From a virus (Duplodnaviria; Heunggongvirae; Uroviricota; Caudoviricetes): DNA of 22,466 bases. The stretch is taken from the IMG/VR virus record IMGVR_UViG_2648501110_000004. The stretch is one strand, 5' to 3'. The translations under genes and the position numbers were made by a program. This document shows positions 8,809 to 17,609 of the stretch, piece by piece (the first letter of the stretch is position 1; the number at the start of each line of letters is the position of its first letter). The notes below the pieces were generated by a model. That model saw nothing but the letters and a program-made list of their open reading frames with translations, made no database searches and was not told the origin of the DNA.

Positions 8809-9210
8809 TTAATTCGTGTACGTGATCTGGTACGTGATTTCCGCCATCGCCCAGGTGGCCATCTCATTATCACGTTGATAGTTAAAACCGAGTGGGATCA
8901 GGGTGTCGATGAGTCCGGAAAGTGCCGGTACATCATTCAGAGCCGGGAAAATGGTGCTCTCCATCCACATATCCAGCTCTGAATCCGGTGCCTGTGCCCG
9001 GATGAAGACGGCAATATGCAGAACAGCCTGCCAGTCATCTTCATCCGTCATTTTTCCGGTGTACTGAGCATCACTCAGCCACACCGCCACGGCAGGCAGT
9101 TCCTGCGCATCAATAAATGCCGGAAGCCCGTCAAAAAACGTGGCGCTGTCTCCACACTGTTCCCGAAGGCGTGCCAGTACGACCTGGCGGATTTGTGTAT
9201 GTCGGTTCAT
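8809..9210 (-). CDS. U: Tail terminator protein U
   Basis: Translation ...GDSATFFDGLPAFIDAQELPAVAVWLSDAQYTG...DSELDMWMESTIFPAL... resembles lambda gpU. The ATG at 9210 overlaps the Z stop (ATGA); an alternative ATG is at 9222. Confidence 0.88.
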   Translation of the reverse strand: MNRHTQIRQVVLARLREQCGDSATFFDGLPAFIDAQELPAVAVWLSDAQYTGKMTDEDDWQAVLHIAVFIRAQAPDSELDMWMESTIFPALNDVPALSGLIDTLIPLGFNYQRDNEMATWAMAEITYQITYTN

Positions 9211-9797
9211 CGGGTCAGCCATAATCTCAGTTGTTGTTTCAGTACATACCCCAGCTGTTTCGGCATTTCCGCAGCAATGATGCGGTCGCGGGCATCTTCA
9301 AATGCCTGTGTCAGCGGTCCGGACAGCGGGATTTTCACTACCTCCACAGGAAGACGATTTTTCCTTGGCCTGCCCTGATAGTCATGCCCTGTTGCAAAAC
9401 GCGCTTCAGGAAGACGCCTCAGAACATGCCAGCGGCCATTCGCCAGTTGCTGAACAAATGCCCCCCGGAAAAAGTATTTTCCCACTCTCAGTCCTTCACC
9501 AGCACGCCGCCGTGTTGTGTTCAGTTTGATGGCGGGCAGATTGCCCCGGTTAACGCGGATCCTGGCCGTCATTTTTCCTGACGGACTGGCTTTAAACACC
9601 CGGACACGCTGACGTACCAGTTTCAGGGGGATCCCTTTCACCTGGTTATCTCCCGCAACGGTATTCCCGGCAACCTGCCGGGTGGCAACCGAGACCGCTT
9701 TCTGTGCCACACGGTTTATCGCCCATGCGCTGGCCTGTGGCACCATACGGGTATCAAGGCTGTTCAGATTGCGGATGGCATTCTCAAGCCCCTTCAT
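9207..9797 (-). CDS. Z: Tail completion protein Z (196 aa)
   Basis: Translation MKGLENAIRNLNSLDTRMVPQASAWAINRVA...ANGRWHVLRRL...KQLGYVLKQQLR resembles lambda gpZ; positioned between FII and U. Confidence 0.85.
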   Translation of the reverse strand: MKGLENAIRNLNSLDTRMVPQASAWAINRVAQKAVSVATRQVAGNTVAGDNQVKGIPLKLVRQRVRVFKASPSGKMTARIRVNRGNLPAIKLNTTRRRAGEGLRVGKYFFRGAFVQQLANGRWHVLRRLPEARFATGHDYQGRPRKNRLPVEVVKIPLSGPLTQAFEDARDRIIAAEMPKQLGYVLKQQLRLWLTR

Positions 9798-9808
9798 CCC
9801 ACACCTCT

Positions 9809-10084
9809 TTACTCAATAAAGATCATTGGCTTACCGTTAAAGCGTTCATGCCGTGTGACCGTCCAATGTTGTCCGTCATAAACAACGCGATCCCCGCGCC
9901 GTGGGCGGTATCCCGAAGAAAACACCACCAGAGAGACCGCAGGTCCGGACAGAGCATTCAGCTCTGCCAGTGTTTCTCCCGGGATCACAGTCATATCGAC
10001 ATCATTAATCGAGGCTGTCTTTCCCATCTTTCTGACCGTGATCGCATCCATACGCGCTGCCAGCCGGGAAAAGGGATCAGACAT
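9809..10084 (-). CDS. Head-tail joining protein, FII-like (91 aa)
   Basis: It occupies the FII slot immediately upstream of Z. The C-terminal RRGDRVVYDGQHWTVTRH resembles the lambda FII RRGDTLTIGEENFWVDRV segment. Confidence 0.65.
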   Translation of the reverse strand: MSDPFSRLAARMDAITVRKMGKTASINDVDMTVIPGETLAELNALSGPAVSLVVFSSGYRPRRGDRVVYDGQHWTVTRHERFNGKPMIFIE

Positions 10085-10400
10085 TGAGTTTTACCGGCAC
10101 TTCTTCTGCACTGGTTCCGGCATCTGCCCAGACAACCCCGACCAGCGGATCAGAGCCGCTGTTAGTCAGCTGAACTTTTCCGGACTTCAGATAAACCTTC
10201 TTACCCGTTTTCATGTCATCCGTTTTCAGCTTAGGCAGCATAAACACACCTTCGGTCAGGCCGTCGCCTGTTTCACCCTGTGGAATATCGGTCAGCGCCA
10301 CCGCAAAAACATCACCCACCTGCACCAGGTCTCCGCTGCTGATGGCTGCACTGGCAACAATCGCCACCGTTTTTCCTTCTTCTACAAAATTCTTTGCCAT
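10077..10400 (-). CDS. Small beta-rich head protein in the D/FI position (possible decoration or head-completion protein), function unknown
   Basis: 107-aa ORF from MAKNFVEEGKTVAIVASAAIS... with GGAG 7 nt upstream of the ATG at 10400. It lies between the capsid gene and FII-like. The upstream in-frame extension to 10445 was rejected. Confidence 0.55.
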   Translation of the reverse strand: MAKNFVEEGKTVAIVASAAISSGDLVQVGDVFAVALTDIPQGETGDGLTEGVFMLPKLKTDDMKTGKKVYLKSGKVQLTNSGSDPLVGVVWADAGTSAEEVPVKLNV

Positions 10401-10443
10401 AACTGTCTCCGCACAGCCCCGTTCAGGGGCTGATTTCAGGTAC

Positions 10444-10463
10444 AAAAAAAGCCCTTACGGGCC
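10444..10463 (-). terminator. Short hairpin plus U7 downstream of the capsid gene (likely weak intrinsic terminator or attenuator)
   Basis: Minus strand reads GGCCC-GTAA-GGGCT followed by TTTTTTT, about 24 nt after the capsid stop. A second 7-bp hairpin (CAGCCCC-TGAAC-GGGGCTG, 10414-10432) follows, with no U-tract. Confidence 0.4.
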
Positions 10464-10486
10464 ATCAGAGTTGTTGTCTGCGACGT

Positions 10487-12445
10487 TTACGCCGTACATT
10501 TCACCAGACCGCGGTGATCAACTGGCGCGACACCGGCGTCAATACGCACTTTCGTTGTCACGCCATCCACACTGAAGCCCTCCATCTGATCAATATATGG
10601 CGTATCCACACCGTTGAGATAAGCCACTTCAATCGTATCGGAGCCTTTTGACGCAGCCAGGTAGAAGGTGGTCTGGCTGTTATCATCAAGACGAGGCTCT
10701 GCAATAACGGTCGCAAAATCTTTCACCGGGTTAATAATACCGGCGTTAATGTCAGCCCCCTTGACACTTGAGGAGCGAATGACCTGGTTAGCAACAGACT
10801 CCATCGCCGTCGGTACCAGTACGAACGCAGGACGAATATTCAGATGACGCTCCCCCTCTTTCTGAACGCGCATCAACTGGCGGGCTTTATCCAGCGATGC
10901 CACGTCCATTGCAGCGCTCTCCAGTACGTTTGCATGTTTCGCTTTATCGAACAGACTTACATTATCTGTGGAGATTTTCGGGTTAGACGTCAGAATGGCA
11001 TAAACCAGATCGGCAATAGTGGATTTCGCCGCACGGCCCAGCTTCATCGGGACATCGGTCAGCATATTCAGATCATCATTGATAATGGCCTGACGGGTGA
11101 TACTGAACAGCTCGCCATAGGTCGCCAGTGCAATAGTGGCCTGTTTATCTCCGGTGGTGACGTATTTATATTCCGCCCCTTCACGCACCTGACGCAGAGC
11201 ACTGAAGCCCCCCATACCCACACGATGGGCAATTTTAAAATCAGACAACTGACCTTTCCGCGTCCACTGTTCATAGGTTTCAGGGGCATCTTCCCAGCCC
11301 TGCAGAATGGCTTTGTTCGCAACATCCAGCAGAATATTACCGAAGTCAGACGTACTGTGTGTGAACGCCGCACCGACCATCTGCATCGGGTTATAACTGG
11401 AAATCCCAATACCCCGTTCAGTCAGTGACATACGGGCATATTCACGCAGGGTCATCCCGTTGTAGACATTATCACGTTCGGTTTTTTCAAATCCGGCACG
11501 CGCCATCAGCGCCTGGCGAATCCCGTCCCCCACAAAATTACCGTTACCGGCATAAATATGAGCCGGGGTATTTTTATTGGATGGCGTGGACTCGCGCCCC
11601 ATCTCGTTCAACAGCTTTTCGCGGGCCTGCTCCAGCGAACATTCAGGATCGGCAAGACACTGAGCCTGCAGCGTCTGATAACGCCCGCCAAACATGGCAA
11701 ACAGATCATTAATACCGTTTACACGCGCTTTTTGCTCTGCCAGTACCTGCGCACGGATGCTGTTTTCATCCACCACGGGTGCTGCTGCCTGCACTGGCGT
11801 CCGGGAGGCTGCAGGTTCATCATCCTGTACGCGTGGAGCACTGTTGCGTGGCGGAGTAATCATGTTTCGAATGGATTCCGGCATCTTTTTAAATTCCTCT
11901 GTACGTTTTGACTGAATACATGCCATTGCCTTAACGGCTGGCGTCACCTGATCAGCAAATCCATGTGCCAGACATTCGGCACCGGACATCCAGGTCTCAT
12001 CCGCCAGCATGGCAGCAATTTCATCGGTGGTTTTCCCGGTTTTCTGTGCATAAGCGGGTAACAGAACCGCCTCAACCTTATCGAGCAGGTCGGCATAGGT
12101 GCGCATGTCCTCCGCATCACCGCCCGTAAAGCCAAATGGTTTATGAATCATCATGAAGGTGTTTTCCGGCATAATGACCGGGTTTCCCACCATCGCAATG
12201 ACCGACGCCATTGACGCCGCCACACCGTCGACATAAACGGTAATGGACGCACCATGTGTTTTCAGTGCATTAAAAATGGCGATGCCTTCAAAGACATCGC
12301 CACCCGGTGAATTGATATGGAGATTAATGTGGGTGATATCGCCCAGTGCATTCAGATCACTGATAAACTGCTTCGCTGTAACACCCCAGAAACCAATCTC
12401 GTCATAAATATAAATATCCGCGTCACTCTGGTGACCAGCCTGCAT
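10487..12445 (-). CDS. ClpP-like (S14) prohead protease fused to an HK97-fold major capsid protein (about 652 aa)
   Basis: The N-terminal region has ClpP-like motifs (INSPGGDVFEGIAIFNAL, VDGVAASMASVIAMVGN, MIHKP). The C-terminal roughly 300 aa resembles HK97-type capsid proteins. Start chosen at ATG 12445, 13 nt after the portal stop; the ORF-track start at 12706 would overlap the portal gene. Confidence 0.8.
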   Translation of the reverse strand: MQAGHQSDADIYIYDEIGFWGVTAKQFISDLNALGDITHINLHINSPGGDVFEGIAIFNALKTHGASITVYVDGVAASMASVIAMVGNPVIMPENTFMMIHKPFGFTGGDAEDMRTYADLLDKVEAVLLPAYAQKTGKTTDEIAAMLADETWMSGAECLAHGFADQVTPAVKAMACIQSKRTEEFKKMPESIRNMITPPRNSAPRVQDDEPAASRTPVQAAAPVVDENSIRAQVLAEQKARVNGINDLFAMFGGRYQTLQAQCLADPECSLEQAREKLLNEMGRESTPSNKNTPAHIYAGNGNFVGDGIRQALMARAGFEKTERDNVYNGMTLREYARMSLTERGIGISSYNPMQMVGAAFTHSTSDFGNILLDVANKAILQGWEDAPETYEQWTRKGQLSDFKIAHRVGMGGFSALRQVREGAEYKYVTTGDKQATIALATYGELFSITRQAIINDDLNMLTDVPMKLGRAAKSTIADLVYAILTSNPKISTDNVSLFDKAKHANVLESAAMDVASLDKARQLMRVQKEGERHLNIRPAFVLVPTAMESVANQVIRSSSVKGADINAGIINPVKDFATVIAEPRLDDNSQTTFYLAASKGSDTIEVAYLNGVDTPYIDQMEGFSVDGVTTKVRIDAGVAPVDHRGLVKCTA

Positions 12446-12458
12446 CCTGAACCAAGAA

Positions 12459-13967
12459 TTATTCTTCGGACTGGTCGTCGGTGTGCTGCGGCTCCTGTCG
12501 TTTCGTTGCGGCACTGCTGCCTCCTTTATCACTGGCCGGATCGGTATCAAATACCAGATCCAGCTTGCGGTTTTCATCAATTTCGGCCTTGCGCCGACGT
12601 TTGACATCATCCGGATTACGACCACCAGCACGTACCCAGTCTGATTCTGTCGCCGCTCCACCACGAATCTGGATTTTCCAGGCCTCAGCCTCCTTAACAG
12701 GGTCAATCCACGGCATCACCGGTCCGGAATACACCGCGGTATACAGTGAAGAACGGTCAAGATCGCGGGGTAGCCTGATAACACCGGATGCCACAGCCTG
12801 TTTCAGCCAGGCACGATACATCGGGCGGGTGACGGCACCAATAAACCAGTCCTGCAGGATCAGGTAGCCATCTGTGGATTCAACCAGCTCCTGACGCTGG
12901 GCGCTGTAAGTGCCGTTATAGTTGCGTGCCGTACTGGAAAAACTCAGACGACTGCCCGCCGCCACGGCACGCAACTGACCATTACGAAAAGTTTCAAGGT
13001 TAGGATTGGGACGATCCGACTTCACCATTCCGATTTCTTCGCCGGGTTTCAGATCGTCGTAAATAATGCCTGGCTGAATGGTAAGCTCGCGTTCATTCTC
13101 CTTGCTGCCATTACCATCCGGTTCATAGCTCTGCCCGTCGCCTTTCCGGATGTACATCCCCAGAGCAGCGGCGACCCTTGCTGCAGTCAGCTCAGAATCT
13201 TCATACTCTTTCAGGGCACTGAGGCGGATCAGCACACCGGACAACAAAGACGTCCCGCGCATCTGGTGCAGACGGCGAACAAATTTAAGATGCAGCATTC
13301 GCTCTGCATCCACTTCTTTGGTTTCCATCTGCCGCCAGGATACGGGACGACTTTTATACACCAGATATTTTTCGGGACGCCCCCAGTCATCAACAAACAC
13401 GCCCTGATTCAGCCTGTTGCTCTCATCACTGGTCATGGGAATAAAGTCTGGCTCGAGCGCCTCCAGCCAGAAATGAACACCGGCAGAAGGCGTCAGGTTG
13501 TTTATGCGCCCGGAAACCATCTGGGCAAACACCTCACCATCGCGCAGCCAGGTACGCAACATCAGACGTTCCAGCATCGGACGGGTAAACTGCCCGGTGA
13601 CTTCCGGGCTGACAGACCATTCACTCCATCGGGTGCGTATCTCCGCTGCCAGATCACGGGCAATGGCCCCATTGCGTAATACCGGATGTGGCTCGACAAT
13701 AATCCCGTTTTTCCCCACCACCCGTTCTTCCAGCTTGTCAAATACACCAATAACCAGATCGTGGTTGTTATCAAGGTAACGGGCCTGCTCACGTAACGAC
13801 ACGGCCCCGTACTGGCTTAACTGGTCGGCAGTTCGGTTTTCCCGCCGGGCTTTGTGTGTCCGCGTCGTTTTTACGGCCTCATAAGCCTGGATCACCGCAC
13901 GGGAACGCAGCCTTGCCGCTTTCCATCCTGGTGAAAAAACGCCAATCACATCATCAAGAATTGCCAT
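12459..13967 (-). CDS. Portal protein (about 502 aa)
   Basis: Large ORF between the gpW-like gene and the capsid gene; called portal on size, synteny and portal-like sequence character. Start taken at ATG 13967 (MAILDDVIGVFSPGW...), which overlaps the W stop (TGATG). Confidence 0.8.
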   Translation of the reverse strand: MAILDDVIGVFSPGWKAARLRSRAVIQAYEAVKTTRTHKARRENRTADQLSQYGAVSLREQARYLDNNHDLVIGVFDKLEERVVGKNGIIVEPHPVLRNGAIARDLAAEIRTRWSEWSVSPEVTGQFTRPMLERLMLRTWLRDGEVFAQMVSGRINNLTPSAGVHFWLEALEPDFIPMTSDESNRLNQGVFVDDWGRPEKYLVYKSRPVSWRQMETKEVDAERMLHLKFVRRLHQMRGTSLLSGVLIRLSALKEYEDSELTAARVAAALGMYIRKGDGQSYEPDGNGSKENERELTIQPGIIYDDLKPGEEIGMVKSDRPNPNLETFRNGQLRAVAAGSRLSFSSTARNYNGTYSAQRQELVESTDGYLILQDWFIGAVTRPMYRAWLKQAVASGVIRLPRDLDRSSLYTAVYSGPVMPWIDPVKEAEAWKIQIRGGAATESDWVRAGGRNPDDVKRRRKAEIDENRKLDLVFDTDPASDKGGSSAATKRQEPQHTDDQSEE

Positions 13968-14179
13968 CAGAACCTCGCCAGCCGGTACCCGGGATGCCCC
14001 CGTCGTCGTGTAATCAGAGCCGCAAGGCGGCGCTCCCACTCCTGCCGTCCCTGCCGGATCTCAGATAAGTTTTCCATGGTCATCTGCTGACCATTAAAGG
14101 TGACGGATTTTCCGTCCAGCACCGCCATTTCAGCTTCCGTATAACGCTGAATCATGGCTTCGATATCATTCTGGTTCAT
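13967..14179 (-). CDS. gpW-like head-tail connector (about 70 aa)
   Basis: C-terminus ...ITRRRGHPGYRLARF resembles the lambda gpW C-terminus (...RRRGPAGFYV). GGAGG lies 6 nt upstream of the ATG at 14179, which overlaps the terminase stop (ATGA). Confidence 0.7.
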   Translation of the reverse strand: MNQNDIEAMIQRYTEAEMAVLDGKSVTFNGQQMTMENLSEIRQGRQEWERRLAALITRRRGHPGYRLARF

Positions 14180-16278
14180 AACCATCCTCCGGAAGTCAGC
14201 CAGGGGTTAACATCGTCAGTTACTGTTTTCTTCCGTTTTTGTTTTTTAACAGGCGTGGATACCGGTTCCGGTGAGGGTGACGGTTTGGTACTGTCCGGGA
14301 CACACTCCAGCCAGGTTTCCCGGCTCGCCCATTCCGGTGCATCCGGCCAGCGGATCTTTTCGTATCCATGCAGAATGACCAGAGCCTCGGCATACACCAT
14401 CAGGTCAAAAGCTTCGTTGGCACCGCGACCCGGCTTACTCCATTTCCCGTCACTGCTCCGCTCTTCATACGTCAGTTCGTCGTAAAACCAGCTCCCCAGC
14501 CAGTCAGGGAAATGCACATAGCCGGGACCTGGAGAGTCACGCCATAACGCGTTATTCACCCGGTCTTTCAGGGCATCCGTCTGAAGAAGCCAGAGCGGCA
14601 CATCACCTGCGGCCTGCGCCCGTCGGCCCGTTCGTCCGGTGTTATCAGGGAATGTACGGGTGATCAGTTTTGCGCGCCGGATGCTGTCGCCCTTAAACAA
14701 GTAAATACGTTTACCAAGGCCATCACGACGGCAACGACGCCAGAATTTATAGGCATTATCAGTGACCCCGTCTTCACCGCCGGAATCCACCGCCATTGCC
14801 ATCAGTCGCATTTGTTGAGAAGGATCGGAGGCCAGCGGCCAGCTTTTATGAAAAACATCCGTCAGCAGGACATCCCAGTCTTCCGGATAGCTGGCCGGAT
14901 CAATTCGCTGGCTCTCCCCGTCGCTGTCACCGCGCAATGACTGCGTGATGTTGTAACGATCAATAATCCAGCGTTCGCCACGGCTGCCATAGCCCGTTAC
15001 CTGAACCACAAAACGGCGATGACGTCCCGCCTGCACATCAACTGTCGCCACCAGGAAATTAACGCCATCCGGCACACTGCGGGAAGGAACTGGCTCTGCC
15101 CGCTGCTCAAGCAGTTCACTTTTTCGTTGCTCCATGCTGGCACGGGGAAGATAAGGTAATCCCCAGTCGGTATTGATAACCGTCTTGAGTGTTTCTTCAC
15201 TTCCGGTTGTCTCGTATTCCTGTTCTGCAGTAAGCAGTTTGTAAACGAGTTGCGAGAGTGTCTGGTAAGCAGCTGCCGGACCCTCCATCCAGAATGACGC
15301 AATACGTGAGCGTCGGGGATCACCATAACGACTGCCATCCGCATTGATGGATTCACCATCCCGCAACCAGACCCCACGTCCGTTCAGCTCACGTTTTTGT
15401 TCAGGCATAATCCGTCCTGAACAGGAAGGACACTGAATATAAGCCGCCTCACTTGCCAGCACAGGATCGGCAATATCACGGAAACCAGCAACCACATCGC
15501 CGCAGGGCTGAAAATACTCACCACAGTGTGGGCAGGGCCAGTACCAGCGACGTCGATCGCCACGGTTATAGAGTGACAGTATCCCCGTGGTTGGTGGAGC
15601 CTCATGCGGTGAAGTCCGTCGCCATTTCACATCCTTCACATCCCTGCCGGGGGAACTCTCCACCAGCGTCATACCACTGGACATAAATGTGGTGGTACGT
15701 TTTGAGGCAAGAGAGAAGGCATCCCCCTCGCCATCAATATCTTCCGGAAAACGGTCATAATCCGTCAGCGCCACGCATTTATAATCTGATGAGGACATGA
15801 TATTGACTGACGGCCAGCCGATTTTCAGGTAGTTGCCAGCAAGGAATGTTCTGTCATAAACGTTGTTGTCATTTTTGTTCGGACTCAGGCGACTGACCAC
15901 TTCCGGGCTGACGCGAAACGTTCTGGCAAGTCGTTTTTTGGAGTGTTCGCGGGCTTTTTCCTCCGTCATCTGAATGATCAGCATATCCGCAGGATCGCAA
16001 ATCACGTTGTAAATCACCCAGCCGTCAATCAGGCCGATAGTCTTGCCGGTTCGTGCCGGACCAACAAATATCACTGCGTCGTATTCACGCGAGGCCAGGC
16101 AGTTCATCGGCTCAATAACATACGGTGCCACCAGCGGATCCCACGGGACTGAGTTCCCTGCCCCCATGGGCACCCGCATATACTGAGCAACGGCATCAGC
16201 AACCCGCATTCGTCTCGGTGCGCGAAGGATATAACCTGAATCGGTTCGTGCTGCCTTTGCGGTTTCCTGATTCAGCAT
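14176..16278 (-). CDS. Terminase large subunit, GpA family (700 aa)
   Basis: Walker A-like VGPARTGKT; CPHCGEYFQPCGD matches the lambda gpA zinc-finger-like CPHCGEE motif; ...VVQVTGYGSRGERWIIDRYNI... matches lambda A ...VWGWGPGEESWLIDRQII... Confidence 0.9.
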   Translation of the reverse strand: MLNQETAKAARTDSGYILRAPRRMRVADAVAQYMRVPMGAGNSVPWDPLVAPYVIEPMNCLASREYDAVIFVGPARTGKTIGLIDGWVIYNVICDPADMLIIQMTEEKAREHSKKRLARTFRVSPEVVSRLSPNKNDNNVYDRTFLAGNYLKIGWPSVNIMSSSDYKCVALTDYDRFPEDIDGEGDAFSLASKRTTTFMSSGMTLVESSPGRDVKDVKWRRTSPHEAPPTTGILSLYNRGDRRRWYWPCPHCGEYFQPCGDVVAGFRDIADPVLASEAAYIQCPSCSGRIMPEQKRELNGRGVWLRDGESINADGSRYGDPRRSRIASFWMEGPAAAYQTLSQLVYKLLTAEQEYETTGSEETLKTVINTDWGLPYLPRASMEQRKSELLEQRAEPVPSRSVPDGVNFLVATVDVQAGRHRRFVVQVTGYGSRGERWIIDRYNITQSLRGDSDGESQRIDPASYPEDWDVLLTDVFHKSWPLASDPSQQMRLMAMAVDSGGEDGVTDNAYKFWRRCRRDGLGKRIYLFKGDSIRRAKLITRTFPDNTGRTGRRAQAAGDVPLWLLQTDALKDRVNNALWRDSPGPGYVHFPDWLGSWFYDELTYEERSSDGKWSKPGRGANEAFDLMVYAEALVILHGYEKIRWPDAPEWASRETWLECVPDSTKPSPSPEPVSTPVKKQKRKKTVTDDVNPWLTSGGWL

Positions 16279-16772
16279 TACTCCTCCTGCTGTAATTCCT
16301 CCTCATCATCCGCACCTGCTTCGGTCACCCGCAGGGCTATCTGATCGCGCAGATCATCAATAATGGACTGAACACGGCTCACAGCGGCAGGCTGCAGACC
16401 GCAGTCACGTTCCAGAATATCCGGTAATGTCTCCAGTACCTGCACGACCGCTTTTGCCCAGATGGCAAACTCCCGTCTGACATCACTGGCCGGAATGAGT
16501 TGTGCCGTTTCCTGTTCGAACTTAAGACGCTCACGTTCAGACTGATACCAGGCTTTGCGCTCATGCGCGTCCATTTCGCCTTCTGCAACCGGCGGTGGTA
16601 ATGCCAGAAATGCCGACACAATATCAACCACCCGATAAAGCTTGAGGTTGCTTTCATGCCCCCCTGCAACGGGTAGATTTTGCAGCCTTGCCGCAGCAGT
16701 CTGGCGATGTACACCTGACAGTGCCGCCAGTTGACTGATATTCAGCGTCAGATTTTTTAACTCTTGATCCAT
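16278..16772 (-). CDS. Terminase small subunit, Nu1-like (164 aa)
   Basis: N-terminal HTH-like region (LNISQLAALSGVHRQTAAARLQNLPV) comparable to the lambda Nu1 N-terminus, with an acidic C-terminus. Its stop overlaps the terminase large ATG, and it lies about 175 nt from the cos-like site as in lambda. Confidence 0.8.
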   Translation of the reverse strand: MDQELKNLTLNISQLAALSGVHRQTAAARLQNLPVAGGHESNLKLYRVVDIVSAFLALPPPVAEGEMDAHERKAWYQSERERLKFEQETAQLIPASDVRREFAIWAKAVVQVLETLPDILERDCGLQPAAVSRVQSIIDDLRDQIALRVTEAGADDEEELQQEE

Positions 16773-16899
16773 ACCCGCTCCAGAATGTTTTAAACATGCA
16801 TCTTGCGAACAACTTTAGGCAAACGGTGTTAGTGATGAACAAAAAACAATCAAAATCGACACCATAAAAATAAAACTAATGCAATATCAATGCATTACA

Positions 16900-16990
16900 G
16901 TAGTGGTGATGACGAATGAAATTTCAAAAACTAGCCTTTTTCCGCGCCGCTCCCGCCCCGTGGCAGGCCACCCCACCGGAAGGACCCGCC
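16900..16990 (-). other. cos site region (cosN-like 12-mer at about 16947-16958, cosB-like sequence toward Nu1)
   Basis: Minus strand reads CACGGGGCGGGAGCGGCGCGGAAAAAGGCTAGTTTTTGAAATTTCATTCGTCATCACC. This parallels the lambda ACGGGGCGGCGACCTCGCGGGTTTTCGCTATTTATGAAAATTTTCC...CGTCATAACT with the same spacing relative to the small terminase gene. Confidence 0.55.
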
Positions 16991-17131
16991 AAAATGAGAG
17001 TGATTATCACCATTGCTGATGAATAAATTGATGAAAATCATTGAAACGCCTTTCAGCAAGATAACGGCGACGGTCGTTGTTGAACTCCGTAACTCTGCTA
17101 CTAAGGTTAAAAGCATGGCCATCTTTTGCCA

Positions 17132-17170
17132 CCGGCAAATCTTCAATGGATTTCCCCTGCCGGTTTTTTA
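17132..17170 (+). terminator. Plus-strand hairpin (about 10 bp with a bulge) followed by TTTTTTATT; possible terminator for antisense transcription
   Basis: CCGGCAAATC-ttcaatg-GATTT(cccc)TGCCGG then TTTTTTA. No convincing plus-strand gene lies upstream of it. Confidence 0.35.
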
Positions 17171-17225
17171 TTCCTCACATTATCGCAGCCCCTCAGTGAA
17201 GGGCTGCTGTAATGCCTGCTGTTAC

Positions 17226-17609
17226 TCAGTAACGACCGCGCCTTCCGGTAATTTCATACCGGCAAATACCGGACAGCCCGGGGATCGTTATCTGCAGCTG
17301 GTTAGCCAGGGAGTTAATCTCAGCGACCAACACTGGCTTCGTATAGCGCCATGCCGCCAGCCCTTGTCCACAGAAGCTCGCCATATCTTTTTTCTGATCA
17401 AACTCATGACACTTCATATTGAGCTGCGCACTTAAGCTGTTGCGATGCTGAAGTTCTCCGGTGAAGTAGTCATCCAGGACTTTATAGGCTGCATATTTAA
17501 ATCCGGGGTTTAGCCATGCTGCATAATCATAAGCAACAAACTTCCCGCCATATGTTCCACCGTGTACACCGCGCTCAGTAAAAACCACAGATTCGTGTTT
17601 TTTCTCCAT
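17226..17609 (-). CDS. KilA-N-like protein of unknown function (127 aa), last gene of the lysis block
   Basis: The ATG at 17609 directly abuts the Rz stop. The segment FVAYDYAAWLNPGFKYAAYKVL resembles the KilA-N/APSES signature (..WVHPDLAIEFARWISPEFAVW..). Codon usage is host-like. Confidence 0.6.
   Translation of the reverse strand: MEKKHESVVFTERGVHGGTYGGKFVAYDYAAWLNPGFKYAAYKVLDDYFTGELQHRNSLSAQLNMKCHEFDQKKDMASFCGQGLAAWRYTKPVLVAEINSLANQLQITIPGLSGICRYEITGRRGRY

Noticed and set aside
12446-12706. 87-codon upstream extension of the protease-capsid ORF (start at 12706)
   Set aside because: It would overlap the portal gene by about 250 nt in another frame; the ATG at 12445 lies 13 nt after the portal stop and gives a protein of the expected size.
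13968-14039. Upstream extension of the portal ORF (start at 14039)
   Set aside because: It would overlap the gpW-like gene; the ATG at 13967 overlaps the W stop in a typical coupling arrangement.
16931-17146. 71-aa minus-strand ORF overlapping the cos region
   Set aside because: Spans the GC-rich cosN-like sequence; no RBS and no recognisable protein features; the region is better explained as cos/cosB.
17013-17435. 140-aa plus-strand ORF in the position where lambda carries bor
   Set aside because: No lipoprotein signal or Bor-like sequence; it runs through the plus-strand terminator hairpin and overlaps the better-supported minus-strand KilA-N-like gene.
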